Positions 1 through 13,344 of a stretch of 64,000 nucleotides of DNA are shown here, piece by piece. The notes beneath the pieces are model-generated. The model was not told where the DNA came from. It worked only from the letters and a program-made list of their open reading frames with translations, and made no database searches. The stretch lies in the NCBI GenBank assembly GCA_964188305.1, contig OZ076885.1. One strand, given 5' to 3'. Source of the stretch: Podarcis bocagei. Lineage: Eukaryota. A program made the translations under genes and the position numbers. Numbering within the stretch: position 1 is the stretch's first letter; every line of letters begins with the position of its first letter.

Positions 1-151
1 TGCTCTGGTTCGCCAGAAGCGGCTTAGTCATGCTGGCCACATGACCCAGAAGCTGTACGCCAGCTCCCTAGGCCAGTAAAGTGAGATAAGCGCTGCAATG
101 CCAGAGTCATTCGCGACTGGACTTAACGGTCAGGGGTCCCTTTTCCTTTTA
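1..151 (+). mobile_element. Sauria-type SINE, 3' part (cut by window edge)
   Basis: Matches the 3' half of the copy at 4688-5040, ending ggtcaggggtcccttt... Confidence 0.9.
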
Positions 152-1012
152 CTATAGTCAGTGCTACAAGTGAATGTTGTGGCCTCTTATGATGTATCTC
201 TTGGTGAGTGACCCAACTTTTGATGCCAAAACTGGGCCTGAAACCAGACTGGATCTAGATATGTTGCTTCCTTCAGGTACAGCTGCAGTTGGCTGGCTGT
301 AATCACTGTGCCCCCTAAAGGTATATTTAGTACCTGGTTGCTAGTTGTCCAACATTTCTGGGTCAAAGAAGGGCATCTTCTGGAGGAGTAATACCACCAC
401 TTCTTTTCATGCAGTTGACACCATACCTTTCCTTAGTAAGGCATCAACCACCCCCTGGATCCACCCAGTCAATTCCTCTCTGCTTGTTTCAAAAGGAAGG
501 CTGGGCAGGGGCTGAGACACTACATGGTTGGCCTCACTCCTGTGAGTGCCCTGTTCACATCCTCAGGTTGCAACACCTGAAACTGATTCCATATACGTGG
601 ACCAAATGGTGCTCTAAACACCTCCTTCAGACTTGCATTGACTCTGGCATCATGGCTGAAGTGGTTGTGAGCAACTATTCTCTCAAAATACTATGCAAAA
701 CTCTCAGTGTTTTGTTGCAGCTTAGATTAACCAGTCCACTCCTCAAAAAAGCACAGGGGGGAGGTTCAGACCCCCTAACCCCATGCAACAAGGTCTGGTC
801 CAGATCAGGGGCTCCCACTATTTCAGTGTTAATTAATAAATCCCCAAACAACCCCAGGATTAAGCAATCACAAGGCAAAAACATTTTCTGTTCCAGACAC
901 TGGGCTAGGAGATAAATATAAATAACACATAAGTTTCAACTTATTGCAGACACAAATTATCATTATTATTTATTAAGTTTATATACCAGCCTATACCTGC
1001 AGGTCTCGGGTG

Positions 1013-1253
1013 GTTCAGATCCTTGAGGAGATAATTCAGATTTCATATCCCATCTGCAGTTTGCACACTTACACAGGAATGAATGTGTGAGATCTAAGTT
1101 GTTGGATTTAATAAGGACCAGACCTTTATTAATAGTAAAAAGTTCTGATTCTTGCTAAATCCAACAACTTGGATCTCACACATTCATTCTTGTGTAAGTG
1201 TGCAAACTGCAGATGTGATATGAAATCTGAATTGTGTCCTCAAGGATCTGAAC
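1013..1253. repeat. Long imperfect palindrome (arms about 115 bp)
   Basis: gttcagatccttgagga... is the reverse complement of ...tcctcaaggatctgaac, with roughly 10 mismatches by eye. Confidence 0.92.
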
Positions 1254-4200
1254 TTTCTTTTCTGAATAAAACAATTGCTTCCAATATTCTACACTCCCAG
1301 TAAATGCCACACTACACTACCTGCTGCATTCCCCATACCATTGAGATTTGTCACTGTTTTTCTGCTTCATAACTGTAGGAATGAGACTATATTAGGAGTG
1401 GCAGTCTAATCAATGACCACTGTGGGCATGCATTCTGTCACAGCTGAAAATTCATGAATGGGCTGCAATGGGTCAGCAACTTCCTAACATATCAGCTTAA
1501 GTAGGAGGTTCCAGTGCACTGGAGCTCTATTTACCATATGTGCTAGAATGTGCTAGGAATAGCAGAAAGCTGTAGATGAATATCTTGCAATACAAAATAG
1601 GTACAGAAGAGGCAAAGCAGATGTCCTGCTATTGCTCCCTGAAAGAACGTTAGACACTCAGTCGTCCTCTGAGAGTACTGTATTTTGTTGACTGTCATTC
1701 AGGGTAAGCTATTTTTAATCTAAGGAATAACATAAATCCCCCATTTTTTCCCCACAGCGGTTGCAAATCTGACAAAGAACCTCAATCCCAGAGAAGCAGA
1801 CGCAGAGAACAGAATTGGATCCTATTCATCAAATTGCTTCAGTGGCCAGAAGGTGGAGCATTAGTTCTGCAGCACCATCACTTGGGCCAGGTTCTCTGTC
1901 AGAAGCCATTGGATCACCATGTTTTCCAGCCCCATCCCTGAAAGACTGTCCAAAAGGCTATGATGGTCTGTGGCAGGGACTTTCAACCTTCCAGATTTTG
2001 CTGCTCTACAGGTTCCATAATCACTGAGCATTGGCCAAATTGGTTGGGGCTGATGGGAGCTAGCATCCAGTATCTGGAGGGCCACAGGTTCTGATACCAC
2101 AGGACTATGATACTGAAAGTTCAGAGAATTAATAGAGTGGCACTCCCTCTGTCCATCTCCCAGTGTATTTTGTCTACACAAGGTAGCTTCAATTATGGGC
2201 CAGGAATGTGAGTGATAATGATGCAGATAATCAGTAACCTCCAGGAAGACCTGGAGATAAGATGCCACTATGAACTCCATCATCTTGCTCGAGAATGGTA
2301 AATTGGAAAAGGCCCAATAGTTAGTCCTCCAGGATGCATTGAAAGCTTTTTCAAGCAAAATCACACAATGTCCTTCAAAGGGGCAACAATGACCACTTCC
2401 CTCAAGGAGGCATCACAGGCTCTCCCTACCAAGATGTCATTTCCACTCTGGCAGCTTTAACCAGCTAGGAAAGGCAAGAATCAAGAACATAATTACTTAA
2501 TTTCACTCCATCAAGAATCCTATCTACATCCTCCGGTTGCACATACTGCAAAGTATCCATAAGACGACAAGATGGAACCCTTGCCTAGGTACATTCAATG
2601 TTATCTTTTTCATTGTGGAGCTGAAGTCAGAATGGATACAACCAACTTACCTGCCAAGTGTGCAGCAGACTGATCTTGGCGTGTTACTGAGGTTTCCATT
2701 ATCTCCCCAAACAGGCCAGAAGGAAACAGCTTTTCCAGAAGACAAAGGAAATGCAATGAAGACACAGAAATAGAACCCCTTCGCCGCAATCACTACCATG
2801 CAGTAGTATCTAACAGCAGTTCTATATGCAGTCAGATACATCACAAGTTTTCTTTGACCTTCACTCGGGTCATTGGCGCAACTGTTTCAGAATCTTCAGA
2901 TCCTCAGTAAATCAAGGAGCCAAGTAGGCTTTACTTAGGGGAGAGTGTCTAGAAACAATTGTTTCTAGTCATGATTGCAGAGACTGACCACGACATTAGC
3001 AAGACCACTAGTCCTATTCACAGAACCCTCTCCCACAGTATTTTGTAGTTGCTGGTCAGATGCAACAAAAGGGAAAGAAATTATAGAAAGGCAAAATTTG
3101 TGATAGAGGAATGGTGTTCAAGGAGATGTGATTGTCTGTTTTAAATTGTAAGCTTCTCAGGGCCGGGATCCAGTTCTCTTCTCTTCAGCAAAGCACCATG
3201 CACACTAATGGCACTAAATAAGTACATGATAAGATCATCTGCCTGTGGCTCATCTCTGACACTTGGACACAGGCCAGTGCATTAAATTCCATTTATAGAC
3301 GGCATTTCTGCCAAGAGACACAAAATAATCTAAAACTACAGTCATCAATAAAAATAATAAAACATCCATCATGATCAATAAAACAGCCAGTGAAACTCAG
3401 GGAGCACAGCCAGATATAAAAATTCATAACCAGAATAAAACAGCAGCAATTAAAAACATCCAGTTACACACACTCTGTATCTCTGTTCTCCAAAGGCTTT
3501 CTATGCTATACATAAACTTGCTCCATTGGAGGCAAAACCTACTTATGTTGATGCCAGGGAGGCGGATCTGAGATAACAATCTAGGATTGTGTGTAAACTG
3601 TGTTCTAGAATTTGCTCATTTGTCTGTCTGTGTGCAAATCTAAAAGAAGCATCATTGGTGGCACCCAGTCCACTTCCATGAAGATTCATCAGAATAACAG
3701 GACTTAAGAGACCCCTATGGCAGAACAACTTTGGGGAAACTGACTCTTCTTCCATCTGTGGTGAAATTGCTACATGACTTAAATATTATTTGAATTGGCC
3801 TATATGAGCAAAGCTGCTTGAACAGCTGTGAGCAGAATCTAGGTGAGCACAACCTCCTACAGTCTTACCCCCCCACCCACCCACACCTTGATACTGGTCA
3901 CACCCCTAACTGTCTCCAGGAGAGAGGTCAAGGGACCAGGTGGAAGAGGGCTCCTTCAGAGATGGTAAAGGCCCATTACCTTCTCCTCTTTCCTGGATTG
4001 TAAGTAAAGCATTTACTATTGGTGTTTAGGAGTTGAACTATAAGAGAGTTGCTGAAAAGGAAAAATATAGCTGAATGTCACCATCCCAAATCTCAGTGGT
4101 TACATATAGATATTTAAAAGTGCTGGGTCAAGATGGGGCTTTGTAGCACCCCACAAATCAAGCTCATGGGACACAGCAGCAATCATCTGATGATGCTGAC

Positions 4201-4414
4201 TTACAAGATGAGGGTGGAGTCCCTGCAGAGCCGTGACCCTCCAAAGCCCAATCATCTCTAGAAGTCTAGAAAGGTTTTCTGCTGTATAACGAGAGTGGGA
4301 AATGTGTGTCTCCCCAGATGTTGTTAAGAGTCCAGTTTCCAGCAGCTGCAGTCAACAAGGTCAGGGATTGTGGTAGTCCAAAAACATCTGGAGGGCTACG
4401 GCTTCCCCACCCCT

Positions 4415-4545
4415 GTTGAATAGATCACACACCATGGAGAGATCAAGGAGAATGAGCAGGATCACCCTTCCCCCCCCCAACAGATGAAAATAATCAACCA
4501 TGGTAGCAAAGATGATTTCGGTCTTAAACCCTATTCTTATCATCC
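4415..4545 (-). mobile_element. Decayed L2/CR1-clade LINE reverse-transcriptase fragment
   Basis: Translation GFKTEIIFATMVD...VILLILLDLS resembles the RT motif GF.TETAL...LLILLDLSAAFD. Confidence 0.6.
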
Positions 4546-4687
4546 GAATATTTCATTCAGTCTACAAATTAAACCTTGGAGCCAGGATCTGAAATGTGGA
4601 AGGTTAATAGTGAATAGGGATGAAGAACAACTCTTGGGTTGGGGTAACCGGCTAAAGTTTTTTTAAATTTTTTTTAATGGTTCTAAT

Positions 4688-5040
4688 GTGACGTGGGTGG
4701 CGCTGTGGTCTAAATCACAGAGCCTAGGGCTTGCTGATCAGAAGGTTGGCGTTTCAAATCCCCGCGACGGGGTGAACTCCTGTTGCTCGGTCCCTGCTCC
4801 TGCCAACCTAGCAGTTCAAAAGCACACAATGCAAGTAGATAAATAGGTACCGCTCTGGCGGGAAGGTAAACAGCGTTTCCGTGTTCTGCTCTGGTTTCGC
4901 CAGAAGTGGCTTAGTCATGCTGGCCACATGACCCGGAAGCTGTACGCCGGCTCCCTTGGCCAGTAAAGCGAGATGAGCACCGCAACCCCAGATTCGTCCG
5001 CGACTGGACCTAATGGTCAGGGGTCCCTTTACCTTTACCT
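4688..5040 (+). mobile_element. Sauria-type SINE (tRNA-derived), full length
   Basis: A-box-like tggcgctgtgg, B-box-like gtttcaaatccc, (acctt)n-type tail; three copies in the window. Confidence 0.9.
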
Positions 5041-8000
5041 AATTTTGATTCCTCTGGTTTTGTTGGGTTGGGGTTGGTTAAATGTTTAGGTGGGGTTGGA
5101 GATTATTTTAATGTGGGTATCTGTAAACTGGTTGTTGTTGTTGTTGTTTTCTATTAATTTATTGGCTGGTTTGTTGCTTGTTTTGTTGTGTTTTTATATA
5201 TGTTGTAAGCCACCCAGGGGGCTGGGGAATCCCAGCCAGATGGGCGGGATATAAATTAAAAAATTATCATCATCATCTTCAGATGCAGTTGATAAATGCT
5301 GTATTAGCAGATGTGCCACACCCTGAATAGCCATGCAGTCCAATCATGAGTCATTGTTCTGGAGATGATTTCTATCAAATCATACTAGGTTGACGCCTAT
5401 TGTCCCTGGATGACATTCCAGACACTAACTCATTTCCCTTTGGCAGGACTCCTTTGGTTTCCATGCACTTGGATTTCTGAAACAGTTACTCCAGCGCATC
5501 CATCATATATATTTGCATTCCCATGGGAATTCCTAGAGCTTTATATCATGTATCTCTTATCTTGTCTCTTAAGGTCCTACTTTGAGAGCAGTTTTATACA
5601 GCGAACCGTGTGCAGGTTTGGGGCCTGAAAAGAGTTTTACCGTCCCTTAGGGATTTTTGAACAGGCCAGTCCCCTACACAAAGAGAGCGCTTGCCAGATG
5701 ATTTCACAGGAGCATTTCTAACATAAATATCCTTCTAACGTCTGGGTGGGAAACCAGCCCAAGGGCCACATTCTCTTCTGGGGACCATAGGTTGTAGCCT
5801 GGGGATAATCCCAAAGGTTAGACAGAGAGGCCTGGAGGATCATATTCAGCCCCTGTACCTACAGCCGTGTTCTAAAATGTTAGATACCCATTTGTTATAT
5901 GACATATACCATAGCCCAAAGGGGGCATTATGGGGATATGGCAGGGGTGGGACATGACAAAGGAAGACTTGTTCCTTTTCCAAACTCCATTCAGCTTGGC
6001 CATTTGACTTAGCAACCCAGCAGAAGTCACACTGGCAAAAACATTCAAACTTTTAAAGGCTCCCCCTGACCCCGCAAGGTTTGAGCTAATTCAGCTGACA
6101 GTAGCCTCACTTTTGAATGGAGTTTAAAACAGGGTAACTTATACCAACATAATTTACTCTTGGTAAATGATGCTGACTTCCTTTAGTTTGGATTGTTTCA
6201 TGAATTGGATCCCCGCCTCCCCAGGAAAATTGTCAGAACTCTTCAAAGTTAGCAATGATTCTGGACAGTGACTGGGTCAAAACAACCACTAAACTGATAG
6301 CCAAGACAGGATTTTCATTTGATTATTAATACAGGGAGCAAATAAAGCTTTGAACTTGGTGAATCAGCATACATTGAGTTTAGATTTTCATGAATTGTTG
6401 GCAGAGATTAATACCCAACAAACTTGTTTCTTCTCCCCAAGAATCGATGTCAGGATTTTACTTCCACCATCCAGAACAAAACTTGTTTCCTAAGTGCTAA
6501 GGGGGCATCATCCTGACAAGATTGAATAGTTTACCTTCTGCTGTTATGTTAGGACACTTTCAAGAGAATCTCTCAGTAGACAACCAACAGTGGAAACCTT
6601 GGAGCATATAGTGATGTAGTTCAGTCTATATAATTGCCCAAGACAGAAATTTATAGCAAAGTGGTTGGGAGTCAAAAGAGATTGAGCAGAAAATGATGTA
6701 TTGGTCCTTTGGCTGACAAACCAGACCTAGGATCAGATTTGACTTAGCTAGCTTTCTAGTTATGGTTTTGTCTGTTAAAAAGGAATGGGCCAAATCTCAT
6801 ATGATTGATTGCCAGCATGATTTAGAATAATGAAGGGGGATGAAGAATGCAGGGGACTGTCAACCCTATTGTTAAAGTGTTGAGCTAAATTGTAAAGGAG
6901 TAGGATCCTGGGGTATTTTTTGGGAATAAATCGGGCTTTTCCTACTATGGTAAAAGAAATTGGATATGCATTATGTTATTAGTTTATTTTGATCATATTT
7001 TGAGTTGAGTGCCATTTTTTGGATTATTGTATGATTGATAATGGCAAAGCAATAAATATTAGTGATTTGTAATTACAGTGTATATTTTTGTTTCCATAAT
7101 GCAGATGAATGGGCTGAGGCTTGTGGCTGACATCACCTAGTGACTTCGTAGATGAGGTTAAATTTGAACCACAGATTTCCTTGCTCCCAAGTCACAGCCA
7201 TAGTCACTGCGCTATGCACTACAGGTGTGCACCACCCATGAGATTTAATTTGGAGTCTGATTCTCAACTATTATGGAGATCATTTATTTTTATTTTTTTT
7301 ACAAAACTGGATAAAATTTACAGGCATAGTAGTCCCTCCTGAATGGATAAAACTTGGTAAATTAAAAAAAGTTGATAAACTTTGGAGGTTCCTGCTTTAG
7401 ACTGAGATGCATCACAGATTCCATGTCAGCTCAGATAAGCCCTAAACCTGACCAAAGTGGTCCACTTCATTTTGGGATTTCCCCAAATCTGATGCACACC
7501 CCATTACACACCACTTATGATTATGTGTTGTGAGAGCTTTTCAAAGGTCATTTCCCCTCACTTCCTCATTGAAAAACTTTACCACGTAATTGCCAAACTG
7601 CATTTTGATTTTAAAGAGGAATTTGAAGAGTAAATTTGGGTTTCCTTCTACAAAGGTAACTTAGGCAAAATAAAAATAAATCAGATTAATCTGCAGAACA
7701 TGTCTATGTATCCCTTTGATTATTGAGTACTGTTCCTGAACCTAGATCCCAAGAGACTATAAATAATACAATTGTATGCTTCTAAGGTTCAGCTAAAGGA
7801 TGTAGCCAAAGGGCTGAGCAGCTAGACACAATAACAACACACACACAAATGCATCACAATGTAATAATCAATGTGTAATTCAAGCTGGGGGGGGGGTTAG
7901 TTAAATAAAATGTGAAGGCTGTATTAATGAAGCTTTTTGGTGTCCAACACAGCATTTCATTTTCTTTCACAGGCTGCATAATGCAGAGCCTGGGAATAAA

Positions 8001-8359
8001 TTATAAATGAAATCCCCATCATATGTTTATAAATACACTAACATTAGCATTTTACTTCCTCATAAATCTACACTAAACATTCAGGCACAAGATCGAAAGC
8101 CCTGTAAAACAATGATATATTCTCGGCTCGCAAGCCTTGACTAGTGGCCCATTCATTTCTACCGCTGTTCTTCAAACATTACTTCTTTCGCTCATGCCCC
8201 CTCATTTAAAATCCATTTTAATTTAAAGATGCTCGGTGCCGTCCTAGTGGTACATTTACTCATCCTAGTTATACATCATGGAGCAGGGAAAAGAAAATTG
8301 TTTAATCTAGAGATACGGTTCAATGTGGTCACCACTGAACAGTGGAGTAATTACCAGAT

Positions 8360-8651
8360 NNNNNNNNNNNNNNNNNNNNNNNNNNNNNNNNNNNNNNNNN
8401 NNNNNNNNNNNNNNNNNNNNNNNNNNNNNNNNNNNNNNNNNNNNNNNNNNNNNNNNNNNNNNNNNNNNNNNNNNNNNNNNNNNNNNNNNNNNNNNNNNNN
8501 NNNNNNNNNNNNNNNNNNNNNNNNNNNNNNNNNNNNNNNNNNNNNNNNNNNNNNNNNNNNNNNNNNNNNNNNNNNNNNNNNNNNNNNNNNNNNNNNNNNN
8601 NNNNNNNNNNNNNNNNNNNNNNNNNNNNNNNNNNNNNNNNNNNNNNNNNNN
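8360..8651. other. Assembly gap (292 N)
   Basis: Run of N. Confidence 1.
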
Positions 8652-9147
8652 GACCCATTTGTTTCTCGTAAGTGGAGCAGACAGAAAACTTGAAAATGTC
8701 ACCAGAGGATCCTCTGATTGCTCTCAGTTTGCAGGAGTAATTAAAAACCAAGAGGCTGTATTAGAGGTGAAGGGAAGAGGTTTATGACAATTTCAGGGTT
8801 TTATCCCCTATTGCCAGAATATGGAGCTTGTATTAGCAACTCTTTCAGGGGAATGGATAGTTTCATAATTATTGACGGATATCAATTCAATATACATTAC
8901 ATGGAGAGTACCTAAGCCATGTTATAGATCTACTGGAGAAAAAGTGAAGTTTAAAAGGAAGAAATAAGGGTTCTTTATAGCTCTCATGTTCCCTCAAGAC
9001 TTTCTGAGCCCCAATAATTATGATGGACAAGTTTTAAAAAATGATTTTTATTCCCTTTTGGGAAAAAGTTTTTCCCCCAAGCAATTAATCAAATGATGGG
9101 GAAATCGCTACAACCAAACCCCAAATTAGCTCTACTATCTTATTTTA

Positions 9148-9222
9148 AGCAGTGGAAGACAGGAGAGCCTGTCATGCTCTGGTCCATGGGGGTCACGAAA
9201 AGTTGGACATGACTAAACAACA
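9148..9222 (+). mobile_element. BovB (RTE) LINE 3' terminal fragment
   Basis: gcagtggaagacagg...ggtccatgggggtcacg...gactaaacaacaa; 11-bp TSD atcttatttta (9137-9147 / 9223-9233). Confidence 0.85.
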
Positions 9223-9952
9223 ATCTTATTTTACTCCTCAGATTAAGAACATAACCAATAAAGACCTTATCCTCCATTTATTAACTGCAGGTAGATTAGG
9301 ATTGCAAACAAATTGGAAATTTTAAAATGCAATTTTTTTTGAAGCCTGGATTTCACATGTATGGGACATCACGATTATGGACAAATTGACCATTTCACAA
9401 AAGAAATATCAAGTTGGGAGGGGAAAGATTCACCCCTTCTCTATGTTTTGTTACTTGAAATTAATGATTCTGGATGTAGGAGCAAAAGCACCAAAGTACA
9501 ATACCTCTAACTCCCACCTCCCTGAGCTGTTATGGAAGAATATTTTGTTCAACATTATCAAAAGGTCATACTTCTGAGGTCCTCATCTGAAGACTCCCAT
9601 ACAGAACCCTCACTGAAGCCACATTTCCCCCTGCATCCTTGGAGCCAATGGCTTCTCTGGCAGGCGAGGCCTCTTTAAGTGAAAGAAGTTGATCCAAGGA
9701 GAAGCATGGTTAACCAATCAGACTGGGTTACATCCCAGTTTAGGTCTCAGTCTGGGTTGTCAGTGTCTTAAGTAACGTTTAGGCTGCTTGTATGAATCTC
9801 CAGCTCGAGTGCATCTTGGAGCTATCCATGGTACTACCAGAACTTGAACTTTGTCTTTTTATTTGCAGATAGGTAGCCGTGTTGGTCTGCCATGGTCAAA
9901 ATAAAAAAATTCCTTCCAGTAGCACCTTAAAGACCAACTAAGTTACTTCTTG

Positions 9953-9990
9953 GTATGAGCTTTCGTGTGCATGCACACTTCTTCAGATAC
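9953..9990 (-). ncRNA. Minimal type I hammerhead ribozyme motif (antisense copy)
   Basis: Exact reverse complement of 10221-10258. Confidence 0.75.
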
Positions 9991-10220
9991 ACTGAAACAG
10001 AAGTTGCCAGATCCTTCTATATAGTGAGAAGGTGGGGAGGGGTATTACTCAGAAGGGTGGTGGGAATGGGAGATTGGCAGATAGCTGAGATGAGTCAGTT
10101 AAGAGTCGTCAACAGGCTCATCTCAGCTATCTGCCAATCTCCCATTCCCACCACCCTTCTGAGTAATACCCCTCCCCACCTTCTCACTATATAGAAGGAT
10201 CTGGCAACTTCTGTTTCAGT

Positions 10221-10258
10221 GTATCTGAAGAAGTGTGCATGCACACGAAAGCTCATAC
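10221..10258 (+). ncRNA. Minimal type I hammerhead ribozyme motif
   Basis: GUAU-CUGAAGA-A-GUGUGCAUGCACAC-GAAA-GCUC^AUAC: core boxes, stem II hairpin, stem I GUAU/AUAC, palindromic AGCU stem III. Confidence 0.75.
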
Positions 10259-12124
10259 CAAGAACTAACTTAGTTGGTCTTTAAGGTGCTACTGGAAGGA
10301 ATTTTTTAATTTTGTCTTTTTATGACTTACTGGAAACTGAACATTGACACGCTTTGCTTGCCTGGACAGAATCCAAACTTTTGCCTAGAACCCCCAGCTG
10401 GAAGCTCATCTGACAGAGATCACCTCCACAGAATATCTTTCAGACCCAGGGATTGCCAAAGTGCTCAACCTTTGTGGAACAGAAAGAAGCTAACAATTTC
10501 TCAGGCACAATTTTAATATAGTTTTGCACAATGCAATTTCAATATAGTTACCTACATACAACTGAATGCAGAGAACAAAGCCTTCTTTGTTCTGGTCTTC
10601 ATCTATATCTGGTCATGAGCATCATGAGTTGATTGATTCAGGTAAGTATAGTTGTCACAGAACTGTTTGAGAAGGCCTTGAATTTCAATGGTATAGAGAT
10701 GTGCTTAATTCCACTCCAGGAGTTGAGAGGGCTTTGATTATTTCTTCCCAGGAGTGCTCATGCTCAGAGTAGATAGCATATCTCTGAAATTAAGATCAGT
10801 TGGGGGAAGATAATTCATAGTTGCAGCCTTTAGGAGTCAGGAAAGAGAGGCCATCCAAGATGGAATTCAAGCGTGGAACTTTGTGCTTTGAAACTACAAA
10901 TTAACAAGCCCCACTCCCAACAATCCAAAATGATACAGTAAATAAAGTAAAACCACTTTAAAACCATGGATTGGAGCCTAACCTTTTGTTTTGTGAATGG
11001 AAGAAACTTCTATTCATGGAAGGACCCATCCTGTGGGTATAACGCTTCTTCCTTAATTGGAAGCTCCTTCCATTCCTAAGATCCAAACACATTTTTAAAA
11101 GAGGGGAGAGGAGGGGGAAATAATCCATGCCGAAGAGAATAAAAAATGCATCTCTTCCAATATCACTTGGAGAACCCACATGACTTTCCAAACTTGTAAA
11201 TGTATGGCAACAGTTTCCCTTTAACCTAATCTTATAGCAGGGATTATAAACCTCAGGCCCAGAAACCAATGGTATCAAATCTCATTTTGTTTAGCTAGCC
11301 CCAGGACTCTGAGGTCACCCCTCCCTGTGCCACACCCTCTACCCGAGCTAAAATGTGTTCTTGAACTACGATAACACCTATTGTTTTCCTGGACAGAGGA
11401 TACAGAGATGTGTGTGTGAGAGAGAGGCCTTTGAATTTTTAGTAGCTGGGATGTAGCCTACTGTACAAAGGTAAGTCACATGAGTTGCTCTGTCCTTTTT
11501 TCTACCTGGCCCCACCTACTTTATTCCTCTGATCCTGCTCAACCACTGGCACACATCCTCCATAAGTTGCTCATGAATGAATGTGACTTAAAAAAAGACT
11601 TCTCTATATTTTGCACATTGCCTTGCGACATGTATAGAGGGCTGTTTAGATAGATAGATCGATGAAATAATACCTTGTCTTCTGTGACTGAATCTATGGA
11701 ATGGGTGTATGGCAATAAACCTTTCCAATTTCACTGCAGAGAATACAAGCATGGCCTGTGTCATTATTTTCAAAGCAAAAATGGAAGGATGGAAAGAAAT
11801 AAATGACTGGGATCTTAACTAGGCTTCTGGAAGTTTCACTCAGCTCGTGCTCCCACCAGCAGAAGGGAGAGGTGATTTTCACTGATCCCCTTTTTCCTCT
11901 GCAGTCCTTTTTGCCCCTCCTAAATCTGCTCTGGAGGGTTGGGGTGGCCCCTTGGAGCAGCACAACGGGTAGCATAGGGGGATGCAGGGGTAAGGAGGAA
12001 TAAACTAAAATGGTCTTCCCACTTCTGCTGAGATTCTTTCGTGGGTCTTGGTCATCTCCATGAACAACAGGAGTCTTTCCATTTGCAGATGGCTACTTAG
12101 GATCCAGGTAAGAATTTCAGACTC

Positions 12125-12128
<4 letters not shown>

Positions 12129-12173
<45 letters not shown>
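12129..12173. repeat. (GA)n microsatellite
   Basis: Direct observation. Confidence 0.98.
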
Positions 12174-12179
<6 letters not shown>

Positions 12180-13344
12180 TTATGCCTGCTTTTCACAAAT
12201 GAATCCAATTTGAATAGACAGCTGAGGTTTGGTAATGTGATACAGGAGTGTGTGTTTACAGATTGGCAGACTGTGTTGCACTCCTGAGCTTTTCCATGTG
12301 CATAATGTACAAAAATACATGCCTATCACATGAGCAACTCATGGGCTGCTGACCACATTGTACGACATTCAGGTTAATAGCCTGAAAAATATAGCAAACC
12401 TTGTTCTGGTTTGTTCTTTTGATAAACTGTGACAAGTCAATTGTCATGCGAGATTATTCTGAAGTCTGTAGTCCCCGTTATTTAATGTCTTCCAGAAGCG
12501 GTTTTGGAGACTTCAAGAACTTAACATTCTAACGGCAAGTCCCTGACACCACTGTCTCTTCCCACAGTTCTAATTCTATGTTCTGATAATAAAATTTCAT
12601 TAGTGTCTGCACATTCCCTTCCATACCTTTGAAGGACTGTCTTGTGCTGAAACAATTAGCAGTACTTTTACGTCCTATCACTTGACTGTTTGACAAGCAC
12701 TGTGAGTGAACTAAATTGTGAGGAATTAAAATTTCTGACAATTCCCATTACTTCTAAATTGCTGATAAATTAAAGGATATTTACTTCTACAAATATTAAA
12801 GGTTGTTTAAAATTTAAACTGACTTTATTTTATCAGGAGGTTCTACAATGTGCTAATTCAAAATGACTACACGCCTTTATTTGAATAAATTACCAAGTCA
12901 TATTCCAAACGCCAAGGACATTTCCTCCAGGCAGAGTTTTCTTTTTTTCTCCCCTCTTTTTTTTTACTGTTTGTGTTCAGTATTTAAAAAGAAAACAGAA
13001 ATACATATGAACATTTCTGGATAGAAGGTTGATGAGGAGCTTCCTTGTTTTTAGTTCAGGAGAATAATGCTGAAGATTATTAGCATACATCTAATATTTA
13101 AGGGACCAACCCTATACACAAGAAGCTGGTGTAAAACAAGGTGTATGTTAAGCAAGTACCAAGTTACACTAGAGCCAAACTCTGTTCAGCAGTGTGGCTA
13201 CCACTGGCTGAGTCGGCCTAAGTCTGGCAGAAGGAAAACAAGCCTTTAAAATAATGTTTCAGTCACATCATCCTTTTTGACAGCTTAACCATCAAGCCCC
13301 CCTCCCCACCTGTGGAACACCCTTTTTTCAGGGCTTATGCCATA

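Larger units (their letters stand above)
9863..10310 (-). mobile_element. Penelope-like element remnant with inverted pseudo-LTRs
   Basis: Near-perfect inverted arms of about 190 bp, an extra 3' tail on one arm, 13-bp TSD tttgtctttttat (9850-9862 / 10311-10323), and hammerhead motifs. Confidence 0.85.

Noticed and set aside
409-2364. ORFs of 168 and 167 aa (409-915 +, 1861-2364 -)
   Set aside because: No recognisable domain or splice-supported structure, and one crosses a MITE; probably decayed repeat sequence
4688-4770. tRNA gene
   Set aside because: A/B boxes belong to the SINE head; no complete cloverleaf
8229-8787. Four ORFs of 130-155 aa
   Set aside because: They are open only because they cross the N gap
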